Assembly: GCA_038881385.1 (NCBI GenBank)
Contig: JAVZPV010000001.1
Coordinates: 1 to 39,594, forward strand
Length of the DNA: 39,594 nucleotides
DNA from: Candidatus Micrarchaeaceae archaeon
Lineage (GTDB): Archaea > Micrarchaeota > Micrarchaeia > Micrarchaeales > CABMGC01
Reading direction: 5' to 3'
In this document: piece after piece, positions 1 through 9,195 of the stretch
Layout of the letters: each line of letters begins with the position of its first letter
Numbering within the stretch: position 1 is the first letter of the stretch
The notes under the pieces: generated by a model
The model's database searches: none
What the model was told of the DNA's origin: nothing
The model's input: only the letters and a program-made list of their open reading frames with translations
Made by a program: the position numbers and the translations under genes

Positions 1-284
1 TTGCCTGTGTTTTCCATATTTACCGTAACTTGCGGGCTTGCTATTGGATACTGCTGCTGGTTAGCGAAGATGAAAAAGATATAGGAGCTGTTAGACGAAC
101 TTTTAAGTATAGCCTCTTTACAATATACGCCACTATTGAAATTGCATTCAGTTGGCACCGAATTGGAAGGGGCCAGGACAAACATGTAAAGAAGTGCTGC
201 TGCAACTGCGATTATTGCCAATGCCCATCCGTAAGTAGTCAGGTACTCTATTGCTGCCTGGACACGCATAGCTATTCTTGCCAT
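1..284 (-). CDS. archaeal type IV pilin-like protein (class III signal peptide), 3' end cut by window edge
   Basis: Not in the ORF track because no stop lies in the window. The minus-strand ATG at 284-282 translates to MARIAMRVQAAIEYLTTYGWALAIIAVAAALLYMFVLAPSNS... This is a short basic leader, a Q-A-A-I-E-Y-L-T-T-Y-G-W motif and a hydrophobic helix, as in archaeal prepilins. The same motif recurs at 13119. It replaces the Cys-rich plus-strand ORF 30..305. Confidence 0.6.
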   Translation of the reverse strand, partial: MARIAMRVQAAIEYLTTYGWALAIIAVAAALLYMFVLAPSNSVPTECNFNSGVYCKEAILKSSSNSSYIFFIFANQQQYPIASPQVTVNMENTG

Positions 285-529
285 CTAGCAACTTCTACAG
301 TTTGATAATAAAAATTTATTGGTTAATTTGCAGTAGTTGGCAGGCAGCAAATTTTTTTAACAACATGCACATGCCAGATAACAATGCGTATGAATTGCTC
401 TTTAAAATTTACTTGAGGGATGGCCTGCTAATTTAATGCTAAATTTATTACCTGTTGCATAACATAGCAGTTATAAATCTGAGTTGCAAATTTAAGCTGG
501 TTAAGGATTCTGTGAAAAGACCAAAATGG

Positions 530-1708
530 ATGAATAGGGACGTACTTCTGCTCTCTTTTTCGGCATTTTTTGCCGACCTAGGATATCAGACTGCAGTAGC
601 ATTACTTCCGATAATAATAGTAGCTGTGCTAGGAGCCTCAGCTTTAATTTACGGAATTACTACGGCAGTAGCTTTTGGAGTAGGCTCATTATTTGGCTAT
701 ATAGGAGGCATAATGAGCACAAAGTACAATGACAAGTATATCGCAATACTTGGGAACTCACTTATACCAATGCTTTCCCTGCTGGGTCTTGCCAACAGCG
801 TATTTGTGGCCGTAGCCCTTTTCTGCGGAGGCTGGTGGGCTAGGAATTTCAGATCCCCAGCAAGGAGGAAACTTATTGTTAAAGCTACTACTGTAGAGAA
901 CAGAGTAAAGGCCTTTGGCTTCCTTCACGCCCTTGACGTAGGCGGGGGAGCCTTGTCAATAATAATTTTGCTAGTGCTGCTCTTTGCCGGCATCTCAATA
1001 GGCACAATAGTACTTCTTACTGCAATACCTATACTGATTTCTACAATTTTGATTGTATTCACATCTGCTTCTAATACAAAACCAAAAATGGATGAGGCAA
1101 GGAAGCGCACGTCAGCTGCTGCAGCATCGACAGTGATTAAAGGTAATCTAAATGCGTATCGTGGCATACTATTTGCGACAGCTCTTTATGGTTTTAGCTC
1201 TTATACTTTCGGCTTTCCTATACTTACTATATTGCAGAAATCTACTGTTGCATTTGCTGTCCTGTCTTATGGAATATTTTTATCAGTGTCAGCAGTTGCC
1301 GGATATTTGATAGGAATACAAAAATGGAACAAAATAAAGGCGCTTTCGCTTGCAGGCTATATTGCATCTGGCATAGGTGCACTGATTCTTGCGCTTGCAT
1401 ACGCATATAACTTGGGCATTTTTGTTCTTTTTTCAGGAGTGGCAGTACTTGGGCTTGGGATGGGGGCTATAGAAACGCTTGAGCCTACTATAATATCTAT
1501 AGTAAGGAGCATAAGGGATGTTGGCAAAGGCATGGGGGCGCTGGCAGGATCAAGGAGCTTTGGCATATTCATAGCAAATATAGTAATGGGCATATTATAC
1601 GTGTTTAGCCCAGTAGATTCGTATATTTATGCTGCAGTTCTTGCAATACTCGCAGGATTGGTGATATCGCGGTATGGCTCAGGTTACATGGAAAAGAGTG
1701 TCAGATAG
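530..1708 (+). CDS. MFS-type transporter (multi-pass membrane protein)
   Basis: ORF 455..1708. About 12 hydrophobic segments in two halves separated by a charged loop (KPKMDEARKRTS). The first in-frame ATG at 530 (MNRDVLLL) is the likely start. Substrate unknown. Confidence 0.65.
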   Translation: MNRDVLLLSFSAFFADLGYQTAVALLPIIIVAVLGASALIYGITTAVAFGVGSLFGYIGGIMSTKYNDKYIAILGNSLIPMLSLLGLANSVFVAVALFCGGWWARNFRSPARRKLIVKATTVENRVKAFGFLHALDVGGGALSIIILLVLLFAGISIGTIVLLTAIPILISTILIVFTSASNTKPKMDEARKRTSAAAASTVIKGNLNAYRGILFATALYGFSSYTFGFPILTILQKSTVAFAVLSYGIFLSVSAVAGYLIGIQKWNKIKALSLAGYIASGIGALILALAYAYNLGIFVLFSGVAVLGLGMGAIETLEPTIISIVRSIRDVGKGMGALAGSRSFGIFIANIVMGILYVFSPVDSYIYAAVLAILAGLVISRYGSGYMEKSVR

Positions 1709-1737
1709 CAGGCTCCAAACTTTTTTGCATGATTAGA

Positions 1738-2343
1738 TCAAATGCGCGTTACAGCCATATTCCCGTATACAGTATAGTTTTGAGTAAGCAATGCCGATAC
1801 CTTTACAGGAATCGTGTAGGACAGGTTTTGTGAGAAATTTAAAGGCAGCATATTTTCAATGCTCGCATTTTGTATAAACACAGGAATTTCCTGCCCCTGT
1901 ACATCAAACGTAATTTCTGGGGGCAGCCTGACTACTTCCCCGCCGGCAAATGTGACACAGCTTTTCGCACTTGCATTAAGGCTGGAATACTCATAATTGT
2001 ATATTTGCAATGAGTTTGCATTGCCAGACGAGACTGATATATTGCTGCCTATTGGTATGAAATCAGAAACTGAATTGTTTGCTTCTAGCAAGGCAATGCT
2101 ATTTGATATGGCCAAGTATACCTGCTTGGTCTGCTCTGCGTTTGTGCACTTTACTGATATGTTGATTGAAGGGGAGAATCCTACTACTATTGCATTGGCT
2201 ATTGCTGTTGCGTATGCTGCAGGCTGCTCAGCGGTAGTAGTAGAAGCTGCCGGTGGGGTAACGCCCAAACCCAGATACGAGTATGAGATTATGAATATTA
2301 TTGCAAGGATAAAAGACACTATGAACATCGATGTGCGTCTCAT
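1738..2343 (-). CDS. membrane-anchored or secreted hypothetical protein, rich in N-glycosylation sequons
   Basis: ATG at 2343. N-terminal hydrophobic anchor (MFIVSFILAIIFIISYSYLG) followed by a Thr/Ala linker and about 9 N-x-S/T sequons in 200 aa. No recognisable enzymatic motif. Confidence 0.5.
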   Translation of the reverse strand: MRRTSMFIVSFILAIIFIISYSYLGLGVTPPAASTTTAEQPAAYATAIANAIVVGFSPSINISVKCTNAEQTKQVYLAISNSIALLEANNSVSDFIPIGSNISVSSGNANSLQIYNYEYSSLNASAKSCVTFAGGEVVRLPPEITFDVQGQEIPVFIQNASIENMLPLNFSQNLSYTIPVKVSALLTQNYTVYGNMAVTRI

Positions 2344-2471
2344 TCAATTACCATTTGAAACAAGCCAGGTAAGGCGTGGCACAATTATTTATATCTTGTG
2401 TTGCTGAATTATTATGCTTTCTGTTTGCAGGCCCAAGTCATTGCGTTGGCAGACACGATTGCTGGAGTTTG

Positions 2472-3179
2472 GTGGATTTTGTGAGTTTTAGCGATGGAGA
2501 TTTCATAAAAGTAGAGTATAGTGCATGGAGAGCTTCTGATGGCAGCATGGTTTATACCACGCAGAGGGAGATTGCAGAGAAGAATGGAATATACAATAAG
2601 GATAGGACATACAAACCTGCAATTGTAATAATCGGCAAGCACACCGTAGTTAAGGGTCTCGAAGACGCAATACGCAATATGAATGTTGGCGAGAGCAAGA
2701 AGGTTGAAATTGAACCTGAGGATGCATTTGGACAGAGGAACCCAGACTTGGTTAGGGTAATGCATGCTTCAGACTTCAGAAAGCGGGATATAGACCCTGT
2801 GCCTGGGCTTCAGGTAGATCTCGACGGAACGCCTGCAGTAATAACTGCAGTAAATTCTGGCAGGGTAACTATTGATGCAAACCACCCGCTTGCTGGGGAA
2901 AAGATGACCTATGAGATAAAGGTGGTCTCTAAAATAGAGAGCGATAGGGAAAAGGTTGAGGAATTGGTTAATGCCAGCGGAATTAAAGCCGATTCTATAA
3001 AGTTTGAGAATGGAGTTGCGGAATTGCATTTCGGTGAAAGCGCTGACAGGAATGCTGCAGATTATTTCATAAGTAAGAACGCGGCTGTAAGGGCAATACT
3101 TGATTTTATACCTAAGGCAAACAAGGTTACTGTAGTCGAGGAATACACAAGAGGGCAAAAAGATAAAAAGCAGGATTAA
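2472..3179 (+). CDS. FKBP-type peptidyl-prolyl cis-trans isomerase (long archaeal type)
   Basis: ORF 2376..3179. The sequence GDFIKVEYSAW...IVIIGKHTVVKGLEDAIRNMNVGESKKVEIEPEDAFGQRNPDLV, then DGTPAVITAVNSGRVTIDANHPLAGEKMTYEIKV, matches the FKBP core plus insert-in-flap layout, with an extra C-terminal domain. The probable start is GTG at 2472 or 2481, because the upstream ORF part is Cys/Phe-rich junk. Confidence 0.85.
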   Translation: MDFVSFSDGDFIKVEYSAWRASDGSMVYTTQREIAEKNGIYNKDRTYKPAIVIIGKHTVVKGLEDAIRNMNVGESKKVEIEPEDAFGQRNPDLVRVMHASDFRKRDIDPVPGLQVDLDGTPAVITAVNSGRVTIDANHPLAGEKMTYEIKVVSKIESDREKVEELVNASGIKADSIKFENGVAELHFGESADRNAADYFISKNAAVRAILDFIPKANKVTVVEEYTRGQKDKKQD

Positions 3180-3230
3180 CGCTTGATGAATGCGGTAGCT
3201 TTATTATAGCTTAATTGGGGGCATAATCCC

Positions 3231-3713
3231 TTATACACCACTAAGTTCAACTTTTACACGCCTGTCTTCGCTTCCGGCAAGATATATTTCAGTTAACTTT
3301 ATCTTGAAGAACCTAAACTCAGAAGCTCCCAGATAGTCTTCAGGGACGTATCTCTTTGTTGGTTCCATATCCGAATTAGGAAACACCTTTTTGCAATACA
3401 AAGTTATTGCTTTTTTAATCTCGCCTTTTTCCACAAGGCTTGCCTCGCCTTCTGCCTGTATTCCATCAAAGCTTCCTATTTTTTGGTTTGAATCAAATAT
3501 CGATATAGACACATTCGGGTTTTCGGCGAGGTTTTTAGAATGGCGTGCATCAACTGCAGATAAAAAGTAGATATTATAGTCTTTGTCGTGCACAAATAAG
3601 ACAGGGGCAACCCATGGAATGCCATCTTTTGTGCTTGTCCCTACAACCATGTATGTACTATTTACAATTATTTTCTTTGCTTTCTCTTCATACGCATTAT
3701 AATGCTCGCCCAT
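3231..3713 (-). CDS. pyridoxamine 5'-phosphate oxidase family (FMN-binding split-barrel) protein
   Basis: 160 aa. STYMVVGTSTKDGIPWVAPVLFVHDKDYNIYFLSAVDARHSKNLAENPNVSISIF is the typical PNPOx-like split-barrel pattern. ATG at 3713. Confidence 0.7.
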   Translation of the reverse strand: MGEHYNAYEEKAKKIIVNSTYMVVGTSTKDGIPWVAPVLFVHDKDYNIYFLSAVDARHSKNLAENPNVSISIFDSNQKIGSFDGIQAEGEASLVEKGEIKKAITLYCKKVFPNSDMEPTKRYVPEDYLGASEFRFFKIKLTEIYLAGSEDRRVKVELSGV

Positions 3714-3877
3714 AATTAACCAAATATATATAGGTAATTGTATTTTAAAAGTTTTGTAAAACTGGGCTTTAACCAGGCTATAAGGCTCAGCCAGGCTGAA
3801 GGAGATTAACCTTTATTTTTATATATGAAAAAGGTGAATATTTAATTTTGAATCAGGCATTATAAATCTAATAGGGA

Positions 3878-4351
3878 ATGAATGTGGGATTTTATCTTAA
3901 AAAAATGCATGAAAGGGTCAAGCCCGTATTGAAGGGTGACGAGAAGATAGTGCTTATGTTTAGGCAGAGCCTAATAAGCAACATAGCGCCCACGTTTATA
4001 GTTGCTACTGACCAGCGGCTAATCGTAATAAACAATTCTTTTTGGGGTTTATATAGCGGCATAAATTTGTTGACAACTACAGACTATAATTACATACCAT
4101 ATGACAAAATAACCGGTGTTGTTCTGATGAAAGGCAAACTTCTTTCCACGCTCAACATAAGGCTTCTTGGTGCTTTTGAATCGAATATAAGCCCGAAAAA
4201 GAAGACAGAGGGGGAGATAGACGGCCTTACCCAGAATAATGCAATTATTCTGGAACAATTTATAGAACAGGAAGTAAAGAAACTTGAGAGCAGGAAGGCA
4301 GGAGAAGTACATGGCCCCCAGGCTTACAAATCAGGGAGTTTTAAATTTTAG
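3878..4351 (+). CDS. bacterial-type PH (bPH) domain protein
   Basis: 157 aa. The pattern EKIVLMFRQS...IVATDQRLIVINN...IPYDKITGVVLMKGKLLSTLNIRL resembles YdbS/YdbT-type bPH domains. Function unknown. Confidence 0.45.
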   Translation: MNVGFYLKKMHERVKPVLKGDEKIVLMFRQSLISNIAPTFIVATDQRLIVINNSFWGLYSGINLLTTTDYNYIPYDKITGVVLMKGKLLSTLNIRLLGAFESNISPKKKTEGEIDGLTQNNAIILEQFIEQEVKKLESRKAGEVHGPQAYKSGSFKF

Positions 4352-4581
4352 CGCATCTCGAAATGGTCTTCTGGCTGGTAAGCCACCTTTGAGGGCAACT
4401 CTGTGCAGCAGCTTTGCTCATAAATTCAATCTTGTTCATAAATTATTACAGCTACTCAAAATTATGATTCATAAGCATATTTATTAGCAAAGCACTGTGC
4501 AGCGAAAGGCGTATATATTATAATGCAGTACAGATACTGTTCTTTTTCTTGGCATGGCCGACAAAGCCTTATGGTAAGAAC

Positions 4582-4779
4582 ATGTACATTGCAATTGGCC
4601 TTGCCACTGTAGCGATGAGACTTAGCGCAGCACTAGCAGCATTACTTGCTGATGCTGCAATAATAGGCAGACTTATTGGAATGGAACGGTTTGCAGACTC
4701 AATGGAAATAAAGTGTGCTTCAGTGCTGCTTCTTTTTATAATATCCTTATCAGTTGAGGTGATAATGAAATGGAGCTAA
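4582..4779 (+). CDS. small membrane protein (about 65 aa, 2 predicted TM)
   Basis: ORF 4549..4779 (TTG), with the first in-frame ATG at 4582. Two hydrophobic helices. Its stop overlaps the next ATG (4770) by 10 nt, indicating translational coupling. Confidence 0.35.
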   Translation: MYIAIGLATVAMRLSAALAALLADAAIIGRLIGMERFADSMEIKCASVLLLFIISLSVEVIMKWS

Positions 4780-5048
4780 ACAGGTACATATATGCAACTG
4801 AGTACAGGCATGCAAAGGCAATTTTTCTTTTATCAGGGCTGGCCCTTGGGGCCTCTTTCGCTGTCATATCAATTGCACTTTCAATAGGGCCCTTGGGCGA
4901 AGCTGCTGCCTTTGTTGTCTTCATTATGGCTTTGCCGGCATTGCTCAGACTTCGTAAAGCCATTAATAGCTTGCAACTTCCGCGGGCAGCCTTAGTTTCT
5001 GTACTCAACCTTGCGTTGCTTGCTGTCCTTCTGCTTATGCTGCGGTGA
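4770..5048 (+). CDS. small membrane protein (92 aa, 3 predicted TM)
   Basis: ATG at 4770. Three hydrophobic helices (AIFLLSGLALGASFAVISIALSI, AAAFVVFIMALPALL, ALVSVLNLALLAVLLLML). The TGA at 5046-5048 lies 4 nt before the ATPase ATG at 5053. Confidence 0.45.
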   Translation: MELNRYIYATEYRHAKAIFLLSGLALGASFAVISIALSIGPLGEAAAFVVFIMALPALLRLRKAINSLQLPRAALVSVLNLALLAVLLLMLR

Positions 5049-5052
5049 GACT

Positions 5053-7269
5053 ATGGCTGGCGTTGCTTTGTTTGAAATTGACTCCTTGCCAAGCAAATTT
5101 GACCCTACTGCACTTATAGACGCAATGCTAAACGCCCAGTTTATGTTATGCAATGACATTAAATCCGGGAGGTCATTCATTGCTTTTGAAGACCGAAATG
5201 CTGAAATAAGACTCAAGAGAGCAATTACAGGAATAAAAATGCACAGGGAAGAAGCGGACTCTCTGAAGCTTTACGATGCACGCTATATGGTATGTTTCTC
5301 AGAGCCTGGCTTCAGCAAGGAAGGCGTAATAAACTCCAATATTGCAGATATCTACAGGGTTCTGGGCGGCACTGATTCTTTGCTCCTTGTCTCCTTCGTT
5401 CCAAGTAATAAGGAGCACGTTGAGGCAGTAAAGCAAAGGGTAGAGAACCTTGTTAGCAGCAAAAGCATTAGAATGATAAAAAATCTCGGAAACAGAAACG
5501 GAATTTCGCAGTCCTCTGACTCCATGCAGATGGAATTGTTTTATGAATCAGGAGAAAGGTCTATGCTGCTTTCTTTGCTTGACTCCCTTAATCAAGCTGC
5601 ATTGAGGAATGGGTATGCATATAAAGTAGGTATGGCTTTATGCGGTGACATCAGATTGCGCGATTACATAAAATCGCGTTTCTTTGTTTTTGAGGAAAGA
5701 GAGATGCGAGGCACATATACATTAGAATCGCTGTTCTGCTCCATGAAAAAAGCTGATGCCCTGCCATTATCTAATAAATGTGCTGCCTCTTACATCGCGT
5801 TTTCAGAGGTAGTGGGCAGGGATGAGACCATAAATACCAGTTACAGGAAGACCGATGGAGAAATAGAAATAGGAGAATATTTAAGGGGTTCATTGGCAGG
5901 CAGCGGCGATATTTTATCGCTTGAATGCAGATTATTCAACCTTGGTACCTTAATATCTGGTTTGCCTGGTACTGGAAAGACCACTACAGCAATGGGCATA
6001 ATAAAGCAGCTAGCGAAAGCTTCAGGAGCTAAGACTTCTATAATATCAAGCACTAGCGAGTGGAATCACTTTGGCGCTTCTTTAGGTATGAAAGTAATAA
6101 GAATTTATGGCAGTAACACAACGCGGCTCAACTTATTCAGGTGTGACTCTAGAGTAAACATAGAAAGGTTTTATGAGAATCTGGCAATGCTCATGGCCTC
6201 CGCCTCTGGCGCGGGACCTTATAGGAGCTCTATGGAAAAATGCCTTTTAGCTGCATTCAGGAGGGCATATTCTTCAACAAGGTCTCCTGATCCGGCACTG
6301 GTGTATGAAGAGATAGAAAAAGCAGTAATAGAGCAACATGGCAAAAAAAGCAACACTGGCATAAAATATACAAAACACGGGGAGAATGTACTCGCAGCGT
6401 TACAAAATCTTAGACTTATGCTTATGAAGCCTCAATTCGCATATTCTGATGGAGAAGACTTTGCCAAGCTTCTTGATTCTGGGGTAGTCTTCGACTTGTC
6501 CATGGTAAGCAACAACATGAAACCTTTCTTCTATGCCCTGATACTGAATCAGATATACAGCTTTGCTGATACACTAGATGAGAAAGGCAATGACGAACTG
6601 CGCATGCTTATATGCATAGAGGAGGCGCAGCTGGCCCTTGGGAACCAGGAAGAGTCGGCTGCAGCCCTAGACCTATGCCAAAGAATACAGGATTTTAGGA
6701 AGAGAGGCATTGGCCTGATTCTTATAACGCATAGCATAACGGATATAAGCACCTCGATAAGGAGGCTTTGCCAGATCAAACTGTACTTCAGGCAAAGTGC
6801 CGATTCTGCAAAGTATGCGTGCGGGGATCTACTCTTCAGAGAAGAAGATGCTAAATTGGTAATAGATAAGCTCAAGAGCTTGCCGCAAAGTACTTGTGCT
6901 GCGAGCTTCATTTCAATACAAAATGGGCTCAGGATACCAAACTATTCGGTGTTTGTCAATGTTGGGAGAATAGTAGAAAATCTGAACCCCGAAGGTTTTT
7001 GGCATGAAGATCCGCCAGGGCAAGATGAGCCAAAGCCCACTAAAGTGAGGATACATAACCAGGAGGGCATGCTGATGGCTGGAGTCCATATAGAGCTCGC
7101 TTATCTAGGCGAAACGATTTTTAGCGGATTTTCTGATGAAAGAGGCGAAGTTACAATTGGAAGGCTTCTGCAGGAACGCAAGTATACGCTTCTTGTACCC
7201 GGCCTAAAGAAACGCGATACAAAGAAGTTTGTTATAATCGGCTGCCAGGAAAATGAGATTGCAATTTAG
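5053..7269 (+). CDS. HerA/FtsK/VirB4-superfamily P-loop ATPase with C-terminal carboxypeptidase-regulatory-like beta-sandwich
   Basis: ORF 5011..7269; ATG at 5053 (MAGVALFEID). Walker A is GLPGTGKTT (about 5959-5985). Walker B is MLICIEEAQ (about 6606-6630). RLNLFR follows the first strand, and ILITHS and IKLYFRQS lie downstream, as in DUF87/HerA-type ATPases. The N-terminal domain of about 300 aa has no motif I recognise. The last approximately 80 aa (VRIHNQEGMLMAGVHIELAYLGETIFSGFSDERGEVTIGRLLQERKYTLLV) look like a CarboxypepD_reg/transthyretin-like fold. Confidence 0.7.
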   Translation: MAGVALFEIDSLPSKFDPTALIDAMLNAQFMLCNDIKSGRSFIAFEDRNAEIRLKRAITGIKMHREEADSLKLYDARYMVCFSEPGFSKEGVINSNIADIYRVLGGTDSLLLVSFVPSNKEHVEAVKQRVENLVSSKSIRMIKNLGNRNGISQSSDSMQMELFYESGERSMLLSLLDSLNQAALRNGYAYKVGMALCGDIRLRDYIKSRFFVFEEREMRGTYTLESLFCSMKKADALPLSNKCAASYIAFSEVVGRDETINTSYRKTDGEIEIGEYLRGSLAGSGDILSLECRLFNLGTLISGLPGTGKTTTAMGIIKQLAKASGAKTSIISSTSEWNHFGASLGMKVIRIYGSNTTRLNLFRCDSRVNIERFYENLAMLMASASGAGPYRSSMEKCLLAAFRRAYSSTRSPDPALVYEEIEKAVIEQHGKKSNTGIKYTKHGENVLAALQNLRLMLMKPQFAYSDGEDFAKLLDSGVVFDLSMVSNNMKPFFYALILNQIYSFADTLDEKGNDELRMLICIEEAQLALGNQEESAAALDLCQRIQDFRKRGIGLILITHSITDISTSIRRLCQIKLYFRQSADSAKYACGDLLFREEDAKLVIDKLKSLPQSTCAASFISIQNGLRIPNYSVFVNVGRIVENLNPEGFWHEDPPGQDEPKPTKVRIHNQEGMLMAGVHIELAYLGETIFSGFSDERGEVTIGRLLQERKYTLLVPGLKKRDTKKFVIIGCQENEIAI

Positions 7270-7396
7270 GATTAGATAGACTTGGCAAACCGATTGGGAT
7301 GCCTAGACACATAAAATCTATAGCAGGTTTGAATGGTAAATAGGCAATGCTTGTTTGAAACCGGGTAAAGCGTCAACATTATGTGTTTATTGCATA

Positions 7397-8614
7397 TTAT
7401 GCAAGCCTTCTTTGGTAAAGCGCTTTCCTAAGAAGCGTGCTGTTTCTTACCCAGGAAGCTATAGGTATGTCCATCTTAGAGGAAACAAAGTTTACAGCCT
7501 GATACAGGTCATTGAATTCAATTGGCTTGCTCTTTAGCGTGGCCCTAACGTGCTCTCTGACATTCCAGACACCTACAGGCATTATATATCCTGGATGCGC
7601 CTCTCGAAGTATTACCACCTTGGCCTGACCTTTAAAACTTTCAAGCAGTTCTGCTGACGCCAAACGGGCTGCATAATAGCAGCCACCGATCTCGGCATAC
7701 TTTGTCCTTCCCTCAAAAGGCTCATATGAAGAATAAATTGCAATCTCCCTGCTCTCCAGATTCCATGTCGTATTAGGGTACCATGCTTCTACAAGCTCGT
7801 ATTCCCATGACCCTGGAAGTATGAGCACAAGCCATCTGTTGTCTAGAGCCTCGGAATAGAAGGCTTTGATAGAATCTACTGGTTCGTATTGCTTTATTAC
7901 TTTAAGCAGATTTTTGCTTAGTGTATCATCAACAGCTGTTATGCTCCATCTAGTAGGCACGAACTTTCTGCTTTTTTGTCTGCCTAGTATGCCTGCCGAG
8001 AGAGTTTTTTGGATTTTTGAAACTGCAACCCCTTTTTCATAGAGCTCTATTATAGCATCTTTTGCAGCCATAGAGGTATCATAGTATGCCTTCTCTATCT
8101 GAGGATTTGCCTTAATGTTGCCGAGGCTCATGTCAAGCATCCTAGCGCTTGGGCCATATGGCTGGCTGTTCTCATCAAACCTCATCCCAGGATGTGGCCT
8201 ATGCAGGAGCTTTTCCTCAACGCCTCCGTATTTTTCTGCAAGCGCAAGCTCTTTGATCATCTCCTCTATCCTTCCATTATCGGCTTTAGTAACCTTAGTG
8301 CGGTACATGCCCCTGATTAGAGTTGAACGAAGTTCAACTATCTGGGGTATAGAAAGACCAACCCAGCGCTCAGGTTCAGCCATTATTGAGGTATCACCGA
8401 ATTGGGGAGGTACAAGAGGGCCTATATATACGTTTGGATAACCGTACCTTCCTATGAAGATGTCTGGTGGTGAAGATCCAGATATTTCTGTTCCGTTAAG
8501 CTTTTCAAGCGTTTTGAAGTTATAGTATGAATTTAGAATGTAAGGATTCTGCATATTTTGATAAACTTGATTGGTCCTTCTTACAGAGATTGTCTTTGTC
8601 TCCATTGCACTCAT
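7397..8614 (-). CDS. nreA: Nre-family DNA repair protein (NreA-like)
   Basis: 405 aa. The SSPPDIFIGRYGYPNVYIGPLVPP motif and overall length match the archaeal Nre family. Confidence 0.75.
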   Translation of the reverse strand: MSAMETKTISVRRTNQVYQNMQNPYILNSYYNFKTLEKLNGTEISGSSPPDIFIGRYGYPNVYIGPLVPPQFGDTSIMAEPERWVGLSIPQIVELRSTLIRGMYRTKVTKADNGRIEEMIKELALAEKYGGVEEKLLHRPHPGMRFDENSQPYGPSARMLDMSLGNIKANPQIEKAYYDTSMAAKDAIIELYEKGVAVSKIQKTLSAGILGRQKSRKFVPTRWSITAVDDTLSKNLLKVIKQYEPVDSIKAFYSEALDNRWLVLILPGSWEYELVEAWYPNTTWNLESREIAIYSSYEPFEGRTKYAEIGGCYYAARLASAELLESFKGQAKVVILREAHPGYIMPVGVWNVREHVRATLKSKPIEFNDLYQAVNFVSSKMDIPIASWVRNSTLLRKALYQRRLA

Positions 8615-8742
8615 ACCTATTTCGCTGCATTCAGTTAATAAGTTTGCTTGCGGTAGATTTACGCTGATGTAAAGGTAGGCTTTGCAGGTCTATCACTCTG
8701 GAGCTTGGCAAACAAGGTGCGCACTACAAAAGGTATTTAATC

Positions 8743-9195
8743 ATGGAAAGATATAGGTACAAAAAGGTTATTGCGGATGGTGTCGCTGCAGTAGTATTAA
8801 ACAAAGGGCGTGCACTGCTGCTGCTCAGGAGGCAGCTGCCTTTTGTCAAGAACCCCGGAAAATGGAGCTTTATTTTCGGCAAAAGGGAAAAGTGTGAGGG
8901 TTATCTTGAAGCTGCATACAGGGAGATTAAGGAAGAAACTGGAATTGGAATGGCGAATCTGAGCATACTCTGCAAAGGCTTCGATGTACAGATATTTGAC
9001 TCTAGAAATGGCATAACATGGAAAAATAAAATGTTTATTTTTAGGTCCGATACTGAAAAGGCAAAAAGGAATTTTGAGAATGCTGCGATAAGATGGGCCA
9101 CATTGGATGAGATAATGAGGCATGACAGATATGATAACATTTTTATTGATGAAGCGAAGATTTTACGGATGATAAAAAGGTATTCAGATGGATAA
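8743..9195 (+). CDS. NUDIX hydrolase
   Basis: Nudix box GKREKCEGYLEAAYREIKEETGI (G-x5-E-x7-R-E-x2-E-E-x-G). Overlaps the next gene by 8 nt. Confidence 0.8.
   Translation: MERYRYKKVIADGVAAVVLNKGRALLLLRRQLPFVKNPGKWSFIFGKREKCEGYLEAAYREIKEETGIGMANLSILCKGFDVQIFDSRNGITWKNKMFIFRSDTEKAKRNFENAAIRWATLDEIMRHDRYDNIFIDEAKILRMIKRYSDG

Noticed and set aside
30-305. Plus-strand 91-aa Cys-rich ORF at the left edge
   Set aside because: The opposite strand encodes a much more convincing prepilin N-terminus (ATG 284). The plus-strand product has no motif and looks like a shadow frame.
3184-3230. TGATGA (C-box-like) after the FKBP gene, and ATGATGC at about 36241
   Set aside because: No matching D box (CTGA) or terminal stem lies at the expected distance on either strand.
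4284-4487. 67-aa ORF between the bPH gene and the small membrane protein genes
   Set aside because: It overlaps the 3' end of the bPH gene and runs across the repeat-structured promoter region. The product has no coding-like features.
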